This document shows positions 14,883-30,833 of a DNA stretch of 64,000 nt, piece by piece (positions within the stretch are counted from its first letter, which is position 1; each line of letters begins with the position of its first letter). The stretch comes from Eledone cirrhosa (taxonomy: Eukaryota). Below the pieces are notes generated by a model that saw nothing but the letters and a program-made list of their open reading frames with translations, was not told where the DNA came from and made no database searches. The DNA is taken from NCBI GenBank assembly GCA_964016885.1, contig OZ024745.1:107880001-107944000 (forward strand), in the 5' to 3' direction. The position numbers and the translations under genes are program-made.

Positions 14883-15018
14883 ATATGTATATATATATAT
14901 ATATTATATATATATATATTTATATATACACACAGTATATATATGCGTATGTAGATAATCTAGCTAATGTATACATATATGCATATGTGATTGTTTGTGC
15001 CTTTGTGTGTTTGTGTAT

Positions 15019-15096
<78 letters not shown>

Positions 15097-15300
15097 ACGT
15101 GTATGTGACCGCCTGTGTGCGTTTATATAAATGCAACACGTAAAACAAAAAGATAAAGAAAAAACAGGGAATAAGAATACAAGAGAGGAGATGTAAAAAG
15201 ATCTGGTTACAGTCATTCTGAACTGTTAGCCCTTTCAGATAAGTTTCTGTGTGTGACTTTCTCTCTCTCTACCTATCTATGTATCTATCTATCTCCCTCT

Positions 15301-15390
<90 letters not shown>

Positions 15391-16189
15391 TCTCTCTCTC
15401 TCTCTTCCTCCCTCTCGCTCTCTTCTTTTTTCCTTTCCATTTTATAACTAGAAGGAATTCTACTTATGACTCAGCAGGGTAAACATGATTCTCCTTTCGG
15501 ACCACATTATTATCAAACTGTACTCTCTCTTGCGACAAGTCAAGAAAGATATGCCGTGATGCTTTGCTGGTATGAAGGGAATACTTGTGTCGACAGGATG
15601 CATGTTTTCTAACCTTTCTATACTTGTAGCCTGCTATGTTTAAAAAAAAATAGGGTTTCATGTGATCTAACAACAAGAGTTCAAGTTATCTATTCAAAAA
15701 CGTAGTGATCCAAAGCAGCAGCTATCGTCTGCTCAATTGAAACTTTTCGTACATAACTGTATGTAATGAACTGCTGCAATAAAATTGCTGCAGTTCTTTA
15801 GCTGACTTAGTGAGATTTAATGAATTGGAACATACTTATATGATTATAAGAAACATTTATCTGTCTATATTTTTGGAAATATTCATTGAAAAATATATAA
15901 TTTTTCAGTGAATTCTTTTGTGAGGTTTATGCTGATATGACATTACACAGTCAAATGTACTTGGTATTTCCAATAAGACTGCCGGCTTGCCACCAAAAGT
16001 AACTATCTACGTAATTCATGGCGCCATTTTAAGTTGTTGTTTGTTTGTGTGTGTGTTTTGCTTCTTCGTCATTTTTCCTTCTTAAATGCTTTTGATGCCG
16101 TTGTTTCACGTTGACAGTGGTCGTGGCGGTTCTCTATCGTGGGGGTTCCTTTTCAATACTGTTGTTTCACTGTTCTTTTCGCTGCTTGC

Positions 16190-16470
16190 TGCAATTGCCG
16201 TTGCTGCTGTTGTTGTTGCTGAAGTTGTTATTGAGGCTAACGTTACTGCTGCAGTTGTTGTTATTGTTTGTCGTGGTGGTAGTGGTTGTGGTGGTGGTCT
16301 AGACATCACGTTTCTTTATGACAATGATAATGAAGATGGTGGTGTTTGTGATAACATGATGACCATGATGACCATGATGATGATAGGGGGGGGTTGTGGT
16401 GAAGATATTGATGCCGATGTTGCTGCTGATGATGATGCTGATGTTGATGATGATGATGATGATGATGATA

Positions 16471-16520
<50 letters not shown>
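16190..16520. repeat. Trinucleotide microsatellite cluster (GTT/GCT/GGT/GAT)n
   Basis: Direct inspection; source of the poly-D, poly-M and poly-I ORFs. Confidence 0.9.
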
Positions 16521-16779
16521 TTTATGTCGCTGCGATTGCAACAATGATATTCCTCGAAATAAAAGCGAAGTATGCAGTCTAGCATATTTTAAAGAAATTG
16601 GCGTCCATCGTCTTCCAAACAATCCTACCAAGAAGGATTTTCCCTTTAACGCTGAATTAATATTCTTCAAGGAATTTTCCGCCCATATTTCTGGTTCGGA
16701 CACTTTCCGCATGTTTGTTTCTATCCCTTCATCTTTTTTTTTTTTTTTCCTTCCTTTTATGCTTGTTTATTTCTCTGGC

Positions 16780-16929
<150 letters not shown>

Positions 16930-17097
16930 GGAAGTATTTTGCTTGATATGATCATGACCATTTGGGGGCAATGTTGTGGAACATTTAGCTCTTCACCGAT
17001 TCAGTAAACTGATAGTTCTTGGAGAGTAAGTTTCTAAGAATACAGTCTAATATACTTAGTTGACCTTCTTTTCTGGCAGACAGCCATTCAAACTTAC

Positions 17098-17108
17098 CTT
17101 TAAAATTG
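17098..17108 (-). other. Candidate 11-nt microexon
   Basis: Minus strand tttattttcag|CAATTTTAAAG|gtaagt, with a consensus acceptor and donor. Confidence 0.35.
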
Positions 17109-18804
17109 CTGAAAATAAACGCTTTATTAATTTTTATGTATATCGTACATTTTGGCTGCTCAGGCAACCTTGAAATACCCAGTCACTATAATGTGAACAT
17201 AACAATTGCACAGATCTAAATTTTGGAAATGTTGTTGGCAAACATATTGTCAAGTAGAAATTTTACTTAACATTGTATAGTTTGCTTTATTTTTTATTTA
17301 TGTTTGAACATTATAGTAAAACCAACAAATTTCATATTCTGCGAGACTGTTGCTGAAATACAGCTAACTAAGCAATCAAGTAAGAAATGTCCAAGAAAGT
17401 ATTAAGCTAATTTGACAATATATATACTATATATATATATATATATATATAAATGGTGGTGAATTGGCAGAGCCAATGCTTTGTGGTATTAAATCCCGCC
17501 AAGGTCAATTTTGCCTTCCATCTATTCACGGTCGATAAAAAAAAAGTACCAGTCTAGTACTGAGGTTGATTCTTCCTCTATATCTCTTTCTCACTACCAC
17601 TCTCTCACTCTCAGCCCCTCTTGTGAAAGAAGTCTGCTGCATTCAGACCTGGAGAGGGGCGGACTCCGACAGGTTTTTAAATGCCCTGGAAACGCGCTAT
17701 GTCAATGCACCGCCACTATGACTTCCTCGGGAGGTACGGGACAATACATTATAATTGTTTCTTCTTTTTGCACAAGGCCAGCAATTACCCCCAGTGCATT
17801 ACTGGTGCTTTACAATACATTATAATTGTTTCTACTTTTGGCACAAGGCCAGCAATTACCCCAGTGCATGACTGGTACTTTATTTTATCGACCCCGTAAG
17901 GATGAAAGGCAAAGTTGACCTCGACGGGATTTGAACTCAGACCGTAAAGGGACGTAACTATGCTATGATACAAACAAATTAGATAAGACGGTCGACTACC
18001 AGAATTGGTTGAGCGTCGGACTAAATACCTTAATATATTTTTCTGGCTTTTACGTTCGACGTTCAAATAGTGCCGATATCAACCTGACCTTTAATCCTTC
18101 GAGATCGATAAAAAAAAAAGCATCAGTCCAGTCGACATTTGAGATATATAAAAATGTCGACATACTGCGGTCGACATTTTTATATATCTCTTATCCTCTT
18201 TCTCCTTCTCTGGAAGAAATTGACTGAGTTCAGACCTGAAGATAGTATGGTCCCTGCCACGTTCAAAATGCCCTAGTATGTCAAGAGTTGATATAATCGA
18301 CTTATCCCTCCCCCAAAAGTGTGGGCCTTGTGTCTATATTAAAAATCAATATAAAGAAACTAGATAATTGAAGTTCGTAACTTTTCATAAATTCGTATGT
18401 TGTGAAAGAAAAGAGAAATCCTGAGGTTTTGATCAAAGCTCTTTGCTGGAGTGAGAAAACATGTATTTTAAGTTCATGGTAGCATTGGTAATATCTATAC
18501 GTTTGGTGGAAGAGATAGGATAAAAGGGTAAGGAAGGAGGCAGTACGAAAGCAAAAAAAAAAAAGGAAGAGTAAAAATGGTGTCGGTAGGAGGTCAGTGG
18601 CCAAAATGTCACAGGTAAGTGGGATGGAGGAATGACAGTGATGAGTTAAACAGAAGCTGAATCCCATTAGAAGCGGGAGTGGGGCAAGAAGGTGCAAGAG
18701 ATAATATATAGGGTTGTTATAAATATATAACCATGTGTATAAATGTAAATACCGACATACACAAACACATTAACACAAGCGGGAAGGGAAAGACGTTTTG
18801 ATCT

Positions 18805-19420
18805 CTGGTTTTTAAATAATTGTTTCTACTTCTGGTACAAGGCCAGCAATAACCTCCAATGCATTACTAGTACTTTATTTTATCGACCCCGTAAGGATGA
18901 AAGGCAAAGTTAACCTCGGTGGGATTTGAACTCAGACCGTAAAGGGCCGTAACTCTGTGCTGCAAAGTATGGCGTCCGACCCTCTACCAATACTGGTTTT
19001 TAAATAATTGTTTCTATTTTTTTTTTGGCACAGGGCCAGCAATTATCCCAATGAATTACTGGTACCTTATTCTATCGACCCCGTAAGGATGAAAGGCAAA
19101 GTTAACCTCGGCGGGATTTGAACTCATACCGTTAAGGGGCGTAACTGGTTTTTAAATAATTGTTTCTACTTTTGGCACAAAGCCAGCAATTAACTGGTTT
19201 TTAAATAATTGTTTCTACTTTTGACACAAGGCCAGCAATTATCTCAGTGTATTACTGGTACTTTATTTTATCGACCCCGTAAGGATGAAAGGCAAAGTTA
19301 ACCTCGGCGGGATTTGAACTCAGACCATAAAGGGCGGTAACTCTATGCTGCAAGGCATGGTGTCTGACCCGCTACCGATACTCCCAATCCACTGCCCTGC
19401 CACTGGTTTTTAAATAATGG
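18805..19420 (-). mobile_element. Tandem array of four SINE 3' portions or copies
   Basis: Each unit is preceded by CTGGTTTTTAAATAAT (~18805, 18993, 19145, 19194), which recurs after the array at ~19403. Confidence 0.85.
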
Positions 19421-20534
19421 AAGATTATTTGACGCTATATAACAAATATTCTGTATATCACGACTCTAATAAAATGGAATATGTTTGGGAACTCTTTTGT
19501 CGTTTCACACATTATATTAGTAAACTGTTTGTTTTGTTATTTTTTCTTTAGATTTATATGGTACGATTGATATGATTGAAACCTAGTCGGAAGATCTACA
19601 AGTCAACGACTACAGGAAAAAGGATGGGTGAGGAGGAAACCAAATCCTTGATGAAGGAGGCATCTAAGACTAAGTTGTGGTTTTAAACTGAATGGAAAGT
19701 TATGCCTATTGCTCTTGTAGCTTGTAATAGTTGTAGTTAATTCTATGAATTAATATATTTTTTCAGTTTTCCTCTCTAAAATATTTTTTAGGTTAGAAAC
19801 CTTAGAGAGAAGTATTGGGTTTTTATTCCCAAATTATTTTGAAGCAACGCTGGAAAAATATTCGTATATGCTGCGAGTGTGGCAAGTCGCTTAACCCATA
19901 TTGTCGTAGTGAAGAAATTGTTCTCGTGTAGCGTATCACGCGCAAATCAGCCAACCGAATCACTTCTCTTAGACGATTTATATAACCACGCGATAAATTA
20001 TACTAAACTCTACAATGAAACAAACTACTAGTGACTTTACAGCCAGCAGAAGTAAAGTTATTTATACATTTCAGTGCCTATTAAAAGCTAGGTATCAAAG
20101 TTAAGTATCTTTCTCATTGAAAGAAGCACAGTAAGGGTTAACCCTCAGTTGTTTGTATGGTGACACTGGTAATCTATCTACTCGTTTTCCCATTCTCTTT
20201 ATTTCTATAGAGACTTTATTAACACATACATTCGATTGTGTGTTATATGACTTTTAATAACATATATTTTCTCTTAGCATGATTGCAGATAGTTAGAAGA
20301 AACATAAACTCAGAAGTAAGCTTATAGGGAAACAAATTTGTGTTTGGGTTTCTATACTCAGTCTCGGTTGTACCTTCACTCACACGGTTAAAGGGCTAAA
20401 GATAAAAGAGAAATAAATTTTTTCAAGTAGAAAAAACATCACTTACTGATAAATGCTACAGAATGTTTAGAAACACGAAACCTCTTGGTTCGTTGGAGGG
20501 CTGTTAATTCTTTTGACTTCACATATTGGGTCGA

Positions 20535-20665
20535 GAGTGAAGGCGTATTGTTCAGTGGTTAGAACATTCGTCCCACAATAGTTAGGTTGTCAGTTTGATT
20601 CTCAGCAGCATGTCATGTCCCTGAGCAAGACACTATTTTACGTTATTCCTGTCCACTAGTCTGGC
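20535..20665 (+). mobile_element. Second, older tRNA-derived SINE family
   Basis: ggcgtattgttcagtggttaga...gtccctgagcaagacact; related minus-strand copies at ~48630-48775 and ~49270-49390. Confidence 0.55.
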
Positions 20666-21584
20666 TTAATAGATATGTCTATAACAATATATAATAGATT
20701 TCCTGCTATCAATAACATAGCCGCTAAATATCTACCTATATGCCACATAGCAGTGTCGTGGAAATCTTCAAAGCAGTGGAGGGGTTGTGTGATGTTATGG
20801 ACGTATCATATGATGTGGTGTACAGCTTTAGTAATTTTTTAATAGTGTTGTCAAAGAAAGAAGTGTCAAAAACTAGGTTTGTTCGTTTACCTGGAAGATG
20901 AAAATATTCTATTTGGGAAAACGGAACACATAATAGAGAAAGAGGCGCATATTTTAGTGTTAAATATTCTGACAATGACACTACAACGCGTAGTACCCGT
21001 GGTACAAGTACTTCATCCTCAATGTTCCAAGCAACTTACGTCTAGGCTGCAACTAGGATTCAAATCGATCCAGTTGCTGCCGTGAATCGAAATCCCAACT
21101 TTACGCTCAATGATTTAAACATCTGGCCACTAGGCCACGAGCCGTCACTAATCTCTATACGTATTTCGATGGTCCAGCTCCATCAGCCGATTATGATGCA
21201 AGACTATATATATATATATATGTGTGTGTGTGTATGAATCTGTGTATGTGTATATATATATATATCATAAAGTATGTCCATAGAATCATTTGATAATATA
21301 TATACACCATTTCCTCTCCCAATTAGCATAATTAACCACATAAAAAATCAATTAGACCAGGCTATAAGATTAAAAGGCTCCTATGAAGAAATATTTGATA
21401 AATAAACGACAGCAGCCTCTTCGCGGCCGACCGTAATAGAATATTTACCCAACATTTCAACAGCACGTGGAAATCGACTAAATATACCGTCAACCATACA
21501 CAATTAGGTATAAATTTAAAGTTAGAAGAGATGCGTAAACTCTTACCATGATTATGTCTCTACCCTCGGGTTTCGTTCGCGTTT

Positions 21585-21661
<77 letters not shown>

Positions 21662-21813
21662 TATGATGATATATATATATATGATATACATATTCTTATG
21701 TATATGTATGTAAACACACATGTATGTGCATATACGTATGAGTGCGTATTTATTTATTAGGTCACAAACGTTAGGTTTAAATATATATACAGTTAGGTGG
21801 AGATCCATAGATG

Positions 21814-21877
<64 letters not shown>

Positions 21878-21878
21878 T

Positions 21879-22250
21879 ATTTCTTTATTAGCCACAGGGG
21901 CACAAAAGAAGGGGACAAATACAAAGGGGGAAGTTTACATACAATAAAAACGTGTAAAATGTTATCACAGATGGAATTTAAAAGTTAGTCGATTTTCCCC
22001 AATAGAGGGAGACAGTTTATATGGGTAACACATACCCCCGAAAAAAATGTGCAACCCTCATCTCCAGGAGTACGAAGAGCTTGTACTCCTTTCCTCTCCT
22101 CCTCCTTTTCCTCAATCTACAGGCTGATATAGAGAGAAGGCCCATTCACTCGGGCCATTCTCGCCACTTTCACCCACCTTTCATAAAACTTGCTGGGGTA
22201 CAGCACCTCTCTCTCCATCCTGATTCTTCTTCCAAAGTGGTATTTGAAAA

Positions 22251-22251
<1 letters not shown>
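21879..22251 (-). mobile_element. Tx1/L1 3' fragment within (GATA)n
   Basis: Near-identical to 7833-8205; (GATA)n on both sides. Confidence 0.75.
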
Positions 22252-22319
<68 letters not shown>

Positions 22320-22540
22320 CTGACACAATCGCTGTACGTTTAATACGGATTTCGATTGATATTTAAATTCATTACAAGAGAAAGAAACTTAATTACAAAT
22401 ATTTTCCTGTTTTCCAATCTGAATGTGCAATAACTTATCCAACTGTAAATCACAACAATAATTGCATGGCAACAAGAAGTTTTATCATTGCTTATATATT
22501 TACACACACACGCACACACACACACCACACACACGCGCGC

Positions 22541-22620
<80 letters not shown>

Positions 22621-22679
22621 GCATATATATACATGTATATATAAATATATTCATGAACATACGCACACACATACACATA

Positions 22680-22724
<45 letters not shown>

Positions 22725-22736
22725 GTGTGTGTGGGG

Positions 22737-22824
<88 letters not shown>

Positions 22825-23048
22825 GGTAAACAGGAATAACAACACAATCGGTACAGTATATGGAAGGTATATATTAGGTTAACGCTTGAAGAGGGTCTTA
22901 ACATATCGGACGCTAGTCTTTCATCAGAAGAAAGAATGAGAAATAAGATATATTGAAGGGACGGGCGGGTTAGAATTCGAAAAAATGTCTTTAGATAAAA
23001 ATAACAGGTCCATTTTTTTTAGAAAAGGAGATGATGGAGTGCGTCTAC

Positions 23049-23105
<57 letters not shown>

Positions 23106-23200
23106 TAACTTGACCACTGCCACGTCACGATTCTTAGCCATTTTTAAAATCTATTTCTGGCGCTATCGCTTTGGAAAATGAATTGTCCTATTGAGTTTGT

Positions 23201-23273
23201 CTCCTGATGAATTCGATACTCGAGATTTATCCTTAATAGGATATCTCAAAATACGAACGAAACCATGGTAGAG
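23201..23273 (+). ncRNA. Type I hammerhead with branched stem II (family D element 23103-23560)
   Basis: ctc CTGATGA attcg..[~50 nt]..cgaac GAAA CCATGG TA gag; palindromic stem III. Confidence 0.75.
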
Positions 23274-23553
23274 TTTTAATTACGGTATGTGCACATTTCT
23301 TCTAACTTTAAATTTATACCTAATTGTGTATGGTTGACGATATATTTGGTCAGTTTCTACATGCTGTTGAAATGTTGGGTAAATACTCTATTGTGGTCAA
23401 CCGCGAAGAGGCTGCTTTCGGTTATTTATCAAATATTTCTTCATAAGAGCCTTTATTCTTATAGCCTGGTCTAATTGATTTTTATATGGTTAATTCTTCT
23501 AATTGGGAGAGGAAATTGTATATATTTTATCTAATAATTCTAAGGACATGATT

Positions 23554-23611
<58 letters not shown>

Positions 23612-23881
23612 CTACCATTTGCCTCCATCATGGATCAACTTAGCGCTCTTGCCATAATAACACATTTTGAACTGCTTATCCTCAAGAACTATGCCTGTAA
23701 ATAATATTATTCTTTCTTTCCCATTACCTTAACATGTTCCACATCACCCCCTTTTTTTCTTTTTTCTTTTTACTTCAAAAACCTTGTTTGTAAATAATGT
23801 TATTCTTTCTTCCCCATTTCCTTAACGTGTTCAACATCACATCATTTTCTCTCCAACATTTTACACCAATACAAATTCCAT

Positions 23882-23917
23882 CCTTTGATAATGCATAAAA
23901 TGCTGAAACCGGTAATA
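23882..23917 (+). ncRNA. Hammerhead-like motif with U3-A8 core
   Basis: TTGATAA tgcat-aaa-atgct GAAA CCGG TA; stem I decayed. Confidence 0.5.
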
Positions 23918-24557
23918 GACAATTATTAAATATATAAATAAATAAATCCCATTGTTAATTAGTAAATAAATTAACTAATATCTTTAACACTTCACAGAAA
24001 GTAAAATATTTTGTTTTAAAAATGTTCTAACCCAGAAAAAAGAGAAAAAAATAAAAGGAAAAAAATATATTTTTCTTCCTAATAATCGTCTTTTTCTCCC
24101 TATTTTCATATATATATACATATACATATGAATATATATGTGTATTTCATTATTATATTGTCCTAAATTCTCCTATGGTCGAGTTGACCAAGGAGTGTAT
24201 TAACTGCTTTTTCTATCAAATACGTTATTTACTCTCTGTCCACCTTAGTACCGTCTGTAACAACAGTATCATGTATTAATTTCTCCCTCCACTTCTCGAG
24301 ATATTTTCATTTGCTACAAAAGAAACAGTCCTTTTTTACCACTGTATCACGTGTTATTTCCTCGCCCCACCTCTATAGATTTTCTCACTTGCTACGAACG
24401 CGTCAAGGAAACAGTCCTTTTTCTGAGGTGTCTCTTGATAAGCCGATTAGCCTCACAATGATGATGCATTTTTATAATGCAAATAGATGCACACGGATCG
24501 GCGAAACTGCAGTTTGGACTTTGAAGAAAAGATAGGTAGATTTTTGTCGATTATTTC

Positions 24558-24602
<45 letters not shown>

Positions 24603-25375
24603 AGATCAAAAGATGGTTAAAAGAGTTCCATGTATTTTATTATGCGCATTTCAAAAACAAATATCATCATGCAATAATATTTGTGTTTTTATCAGATAAA
24701 ATAGGAAGACATGATATGACGGTTAAAAAACACTTGTGAATAGTGCAGTTTTGAATCAACATATTTTTATATATATATATATATATATAAACAAGATGTA
24801 TGTAGATGTATGTGTATGTATATTAAGAAGTGTGCTAGCAGGCGAAGTGTACGCTAATGTTATAACTGTAGATATACAGCAAAGGATTACCAAAATTGCA
24901 CCAATCTGTATATAAATATACATTGCTAATATGTGAGCATGTAAATATGCCAGAAAATAGGAATTTCTCTGTAAATTGATAAAATGATTATGCCTTTCTT
25001 TAAGTTGGACTCTCGTCAGAAGACATGTATATCATCCAAACAACCATTCGCTCTTCGTAGTATTCTGAAATGGATTTTTGAAACTAATTTGCATATAATC
25101 AGCGTGAGTGTTGGTAATAAGAAGTACGCTAGCAGCCGAAGTGTACAATAAGTTATAACTGTGTATATACAGAGTGGGTAACCGAGACTGGGCCAATGTG
25201 CATATAAATATACACATAGATTTTTAATATGTAGACATGTATGCATGCCTGAAATTTCTGTACCGCCAAGTGTCTCTAAGTTATAAAATGAAATAGGAAG
25301 TAGTTTGACTACATTGAAAACTGATCTTTGAAGATACAAAAACGTTTTAAAAATAAAGACGAAATTAAACTCATT

Positions 25376-26185
25376 GTCTAGGGACCGGCTGGGACTTAGC
25401 CCAGTAGACGTCCCTCCTCCTTCTCCCATCCAGTGCAGCCTGGCCTCAGACAGGCTCACGCGCCAGCTCGACCACCACCGCCTTGCTTGTTTTCGTGCGG
25501 CCTCCAAACCCCACAGTGGTGCCTGGCTCCATGCCCTGCCCTCCTTCTCCACTGGCACGCAGCTAGACAACCATAGCCTGCGAATCGGCGTTCCCCTGAG
25601 GCTCGGCCTCCGGATCTGCCAGCCACACCAATGTCGCTGCGGTTCCACCGTGGACTCTTTCGGCCTCCATCCGCTTTCCTGTCGCCACAGTGCCGGCCGC
25701 ATTCCACGCCATGCTGCCATCAATGAGGTCATTAAGCATGGCTTGGATGCTGCAGGCTTCCATCCCAGCTCGAGCCGGTGGGGCTGGATCGAGGGGACGG
25801 CAAAAGGCCAGATGGCATGACCATCTTCCCGTTCCGCGGTGGCAAACCCCTCGTCTGGGATGCCATTTGCACCGACACTTTCTGCAGCCGCAACCTGGTG
25901 CAGTCTGCGACTGCCCCAGGTTCTGTTGCACGTCGGGCTGAAGGGGCCAAACTCCTCAAATACCGATCGCTCTCCGACAGGTTTGCGGTCGTTCCCCTGG
26001 CAGTGGCGACTTCTGGTGTCCTCGGCCCCAGAGCTACCTCCTTACTCACCACCATAGGTGCTGAGCTGGCCAGTTGGAGTGGCTTTTCCAGCGCGTCTCC
26101 CTTGCCATCCTCCGGGGAAACGCCTTCTCCATTCTGTCCGCCGGGACAGTGGGTGGGCTCCATTGCGTACCAATACATTAGTTAA
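25376..26185 (+). pseudogene. CRE-like non-LTR retrotransposon 3' fragment (zinc finger plus restriction-like endonuclease), frameshifted
   Basis: [10 protein letters not shown]...CRCG...HPLSC...RHAAIN, then RGDGKRPDG...LVWDA...KLLKY, typical of RLE-encoding CRE elements; GC-rich island. Confidence 0.8.
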
Positions 26186-26954
26186 ATAATGACGTATTAT
26201 ATTCGTTTTTTTCCCGTTCTTTGCTAGGGAACGTTTCCACGAACCAATGTATATTAATTAGATTGGTTATTTCAAAAATAAACGCAAAGCTACTATATTT
26301 GATGTAAGAAACAGATAATTTTATTAACAACAGTGTTTGACTTGTAATTATTTCTATCAATCCCCAGTAGCATGAAAAACAAAGTCGGCCATTTCTGGGG
26401 TGATTTAAATTCAGAGCATAAACGGACATAACTGTAAATCATTTTATCTAACGCATTACCGTATCTGTCTGTCACCAACTTTTTAATTAGGATAATAACA
26501 TGTTTAAAAAACATAGAAGCAAAACCACAGAATTGTATTTAAAACAAATAAAATCGCACAATTGATACCAGCCCTGGCGAAACTGGTTTTGGTTCTATGA
26601 AACAAAACCACCTATTTTAAGTTTCCTTTTTAAATTAAAATCTTCCAAAATAAATTTTTACAACAACCAATCGTTAATTTTTTAACAAATGCTATCTTAG
26701 TAATGAAATAATTAATATTTTTAAAGAAATCGGTCCCAAATAATGTTTAGTTAATTAAAATAAAGTGTATGTTATTAGAAATATTGTAACGAAAGAGTGA
26801 ATAATTATACAAAAAACTTTTATCTCATTAATTTTACAAAATATTTGAGAGAAGTGATGATACAAGAGAAAACTATTATAACAAAGAGGAAATATTAAAA
26901 AGCAATGTCGAATTACATGATTTCTAAGTATATGAAAGGAAGAGTGAATCAGAA

Positions 26955-27004
<50 letters not shown>

Positions 27005-27116
27005 GAAAATAAATACGCCAGGATTTTTTCATTCTGATGATTGAAAGCAAATTTTTTTTTGCTTTTAAGAAACGACTGGAAATGAAATAATTGCCTTATT
27101 TTGTTTATTACATAAC

Positions 27117-27172
<56 letters not shown>

Positions 27173-27487
27173 CATATATATATAGTGATAATAAATGTGG
27201 AGACTAAAATCCGAAGAGGGCTCTATAAAGGATTATATATAGAGATATAGATATATATGAACCCGTTAAGGGTGAAAGCAGCGATTCTTAGCTTAAACTT
27301 TAATCTGTTCTTATAATAAATATATATATAAATATACATATATATGGACGAGTCCAGAAATAGCCGTCGAAACGGCTTGAGCTCTGCCGTCGGGGTCAAA
27401 TATTTTCCTATTACCCACTCTACTACCCTAAGTATTGAGTATTCTGGTGCGTTATGGTTCATCTGGTTCCTTACCCCACCTCCTACG

Positions 27488-27525
<38 letters not shown>

Positions 27526-27682
27526 CGAAGGAAATGTGGTAAGGAACCAGATGGACCATAACGCACCAAAGTACTCAATACTAAGGTAGTAGAGTTGGTA
27601 ATAGGAACGAGTAGGACGGCTAATTCTGGACTGAATTAGCCGTCGAAACGGCTTGAGCTCAGCCGTCGGGGTCCTACTCGTT

Positions 27683-28576
<894 letters not shown>

Positions 28577-28589
28577 ATATATATGTATA

Positions 28590-28671
<82 letters not shown>

Positions 28672-29068
28672 TATATACATATATATATATATATATCTGT
28701 TTCTCCCCTTCTAACTTCCTCCCGTTTGGCTTACAGTGGGTCTCTTCTTGGTCACATCTCACTCACGTCGGACGTCTGTACCTTTCACTCATGAAATCCA
28801 CCCAGCTTATGCTGACCAGGACTACCATGTTGCTTGTTTTTTTTCCTTTCTTTGGTTTGCTTTTATCCTTCTATGTTGTTCACTTGTCCCCCTCGCTTTA
28901 CACGATTTACTGGTCCCAATAACTTTTTTTAGTTATTGCTCGCACCAACCTGAGGTATATGATTTTTAATGCGATGAAATACCAATGATGGTTGGAAAAT
29001 CCCTGACGAAGGACTATTTTTATCATATGTTACCCATGTGCAACCACGCAGTATTCTTCTTTCTTCTC

Positions 29069-29117
<49 letters not shown>

Positions 29118-29439
29118 TGGGGGTGTAAGGTGTATATATGCATAAATGACCTCCGGGGCTTTTCATATTAAATTTGTTGCAGAAATAATATCTAATATGA
29201 TATTGTTCACCTATGTTTGCTACATGACAGAGCAATAAACTATATCACATACAAATAGCGGTTTCCATTACTTAACCTATCACTTACAAAATATAATTTA
29301 TTTTAACAAATTTAGTTCCATATTTGAAATACTTGAGAATTTACTTTATTTCCAGCTACTATAGATTATTTTTTGAAAAATCGTGTCTTAAACGATCGAA
29401 AACCGTAAAAATGTTACACACACATATATATATTCAAAC

Positions 29440-29716
29440 CAATTCAATCCAGGGTCTTTTCACTCCTACCGGAGGAACCCCTTCCTGGTTGACCTCCACC
29501 ATTTTCTGTTTATCGAGGGGTTTTTGTTATGTCAGATGTGTAGCTGTACTCACCATGCTTAGCCAATTGCCGGTTGGTGAGACTATTGAACCCATAGCTG
29601 GCCTCACCAACCTTCAATTGGCCAAGTGTGATGAGTACGGCTACACTCCTGACATAACCAAAACCCAAAACAGAAAACGGTGGAGGTCAATCAGGGAGAG
29701 GTTCCTGGATTGAATA
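29440..29716. repeat. Imperfect ~275-bp hairpin (MITE-like)
   Basis: attcaatccagg...tcagatgtgtagctgtactca..ggtgag / ctcacc..tgagtacggctacactcctga...cctggattgaat. Confidence 0.7.
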
Positions 29717-30194
29717 ATATGAAAGAAACAATAACGTAACTAAAAATAATTGTTTCTACTTTTGGCACAAGGCCAGCAATTAACCAGTGCATTACTGGTA
29801 CTTTATTTTATCGACCCCGTAAGGATGAAAGGCAAAGTTAACGTAACTAAAAATAATTGTTTCTACTTTAGGCACAAGGCCAGCAATTACCCAGTGCATT
29901 ACTGGTACTTTATTTTATCGACCCCGTAAGGATGAAAGGCAAAGTCAACCTCGGCAGGATTTGAACTCAGATCGTAAAGGGACGTAACTATGCTGGAAAG
30001 CATGGCGTCCGACCCTCTTACGTTCTGTTGCTTTCCAGAGACATTTCAGTATTGTTGAATGTTTAACCAGAAAACGGCGCAAAGATACACACATACATAG
30101 CTATCTTATTTATTACATATGTGTGGGGGGCTTAGATATATGTATTTATGTATTTACGTGTATATGTATTTATGTGTGGGTGCTTAGATATATG

Positions 30195-30257
<63 letters not shown>

Positions 30258-30259
<2 letters not shown>

Positions 30260-30833
30260 CTGAACCATGAGATTACTTCCTGGGTGTTGACCCAGAGGCT
30301 ACGTCTCGCGTTTTGCTTAACTTTTTGTATAACGTGGTGTAGGATTTCTTTTACTGATTCTCCCTGTGTCGGACTTCGTTGGGTTTATATGCCTGAGGGA
30401 TGGTTTGCGGTCGAAGTCGGATTTGTGGTCCTTCAGTGTGAAGTAGGGAATCCGTGGGTCTAGGGGTTCAGTGCGGTCGGCGATCCCGAGGCTGGAGGTA
30501 ATTTGTTGTCCATCTCGATTTATATCCTCGATACTTGAATGGTTAGCCTTTTTATAGGTGGAGTTTAGGCTGCTCCTGATCAGTGTGTGGTATCTGTCGG
30601 GGTTGACGAATTAGAGGTTTCCAGTTTTGTCCGAGTGCGCCATGATGTCGTTGGTGTTTTCATACTCTGTTAATTTGCTACGGAGTTTTTGTAGGAATCT
30701 GTTGTGTCTGGGTATCAATTTAATGCTCTTGACCAGTTGTGTCGCCGACCGCACTGATCCCCTAAACCCACGGAGTCCCTACTTCACACTGAAGGACCAC
30801 AAATCCGACTTCGACCGCAAACCATCCATCAGG

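Noticed and set aside
18805-19420. Repeat-spacer pattern resembling CRISPR
   Set aside because: The spacers are SINE fragments of variable length, the context is eukaryotic and there are no cas genes
24635-24701. Family A HHR copy
   Set aside because: The core reads CTGATAA (C3-A8 mismatch), so it is presumed inactive and counted only as a decayed copy
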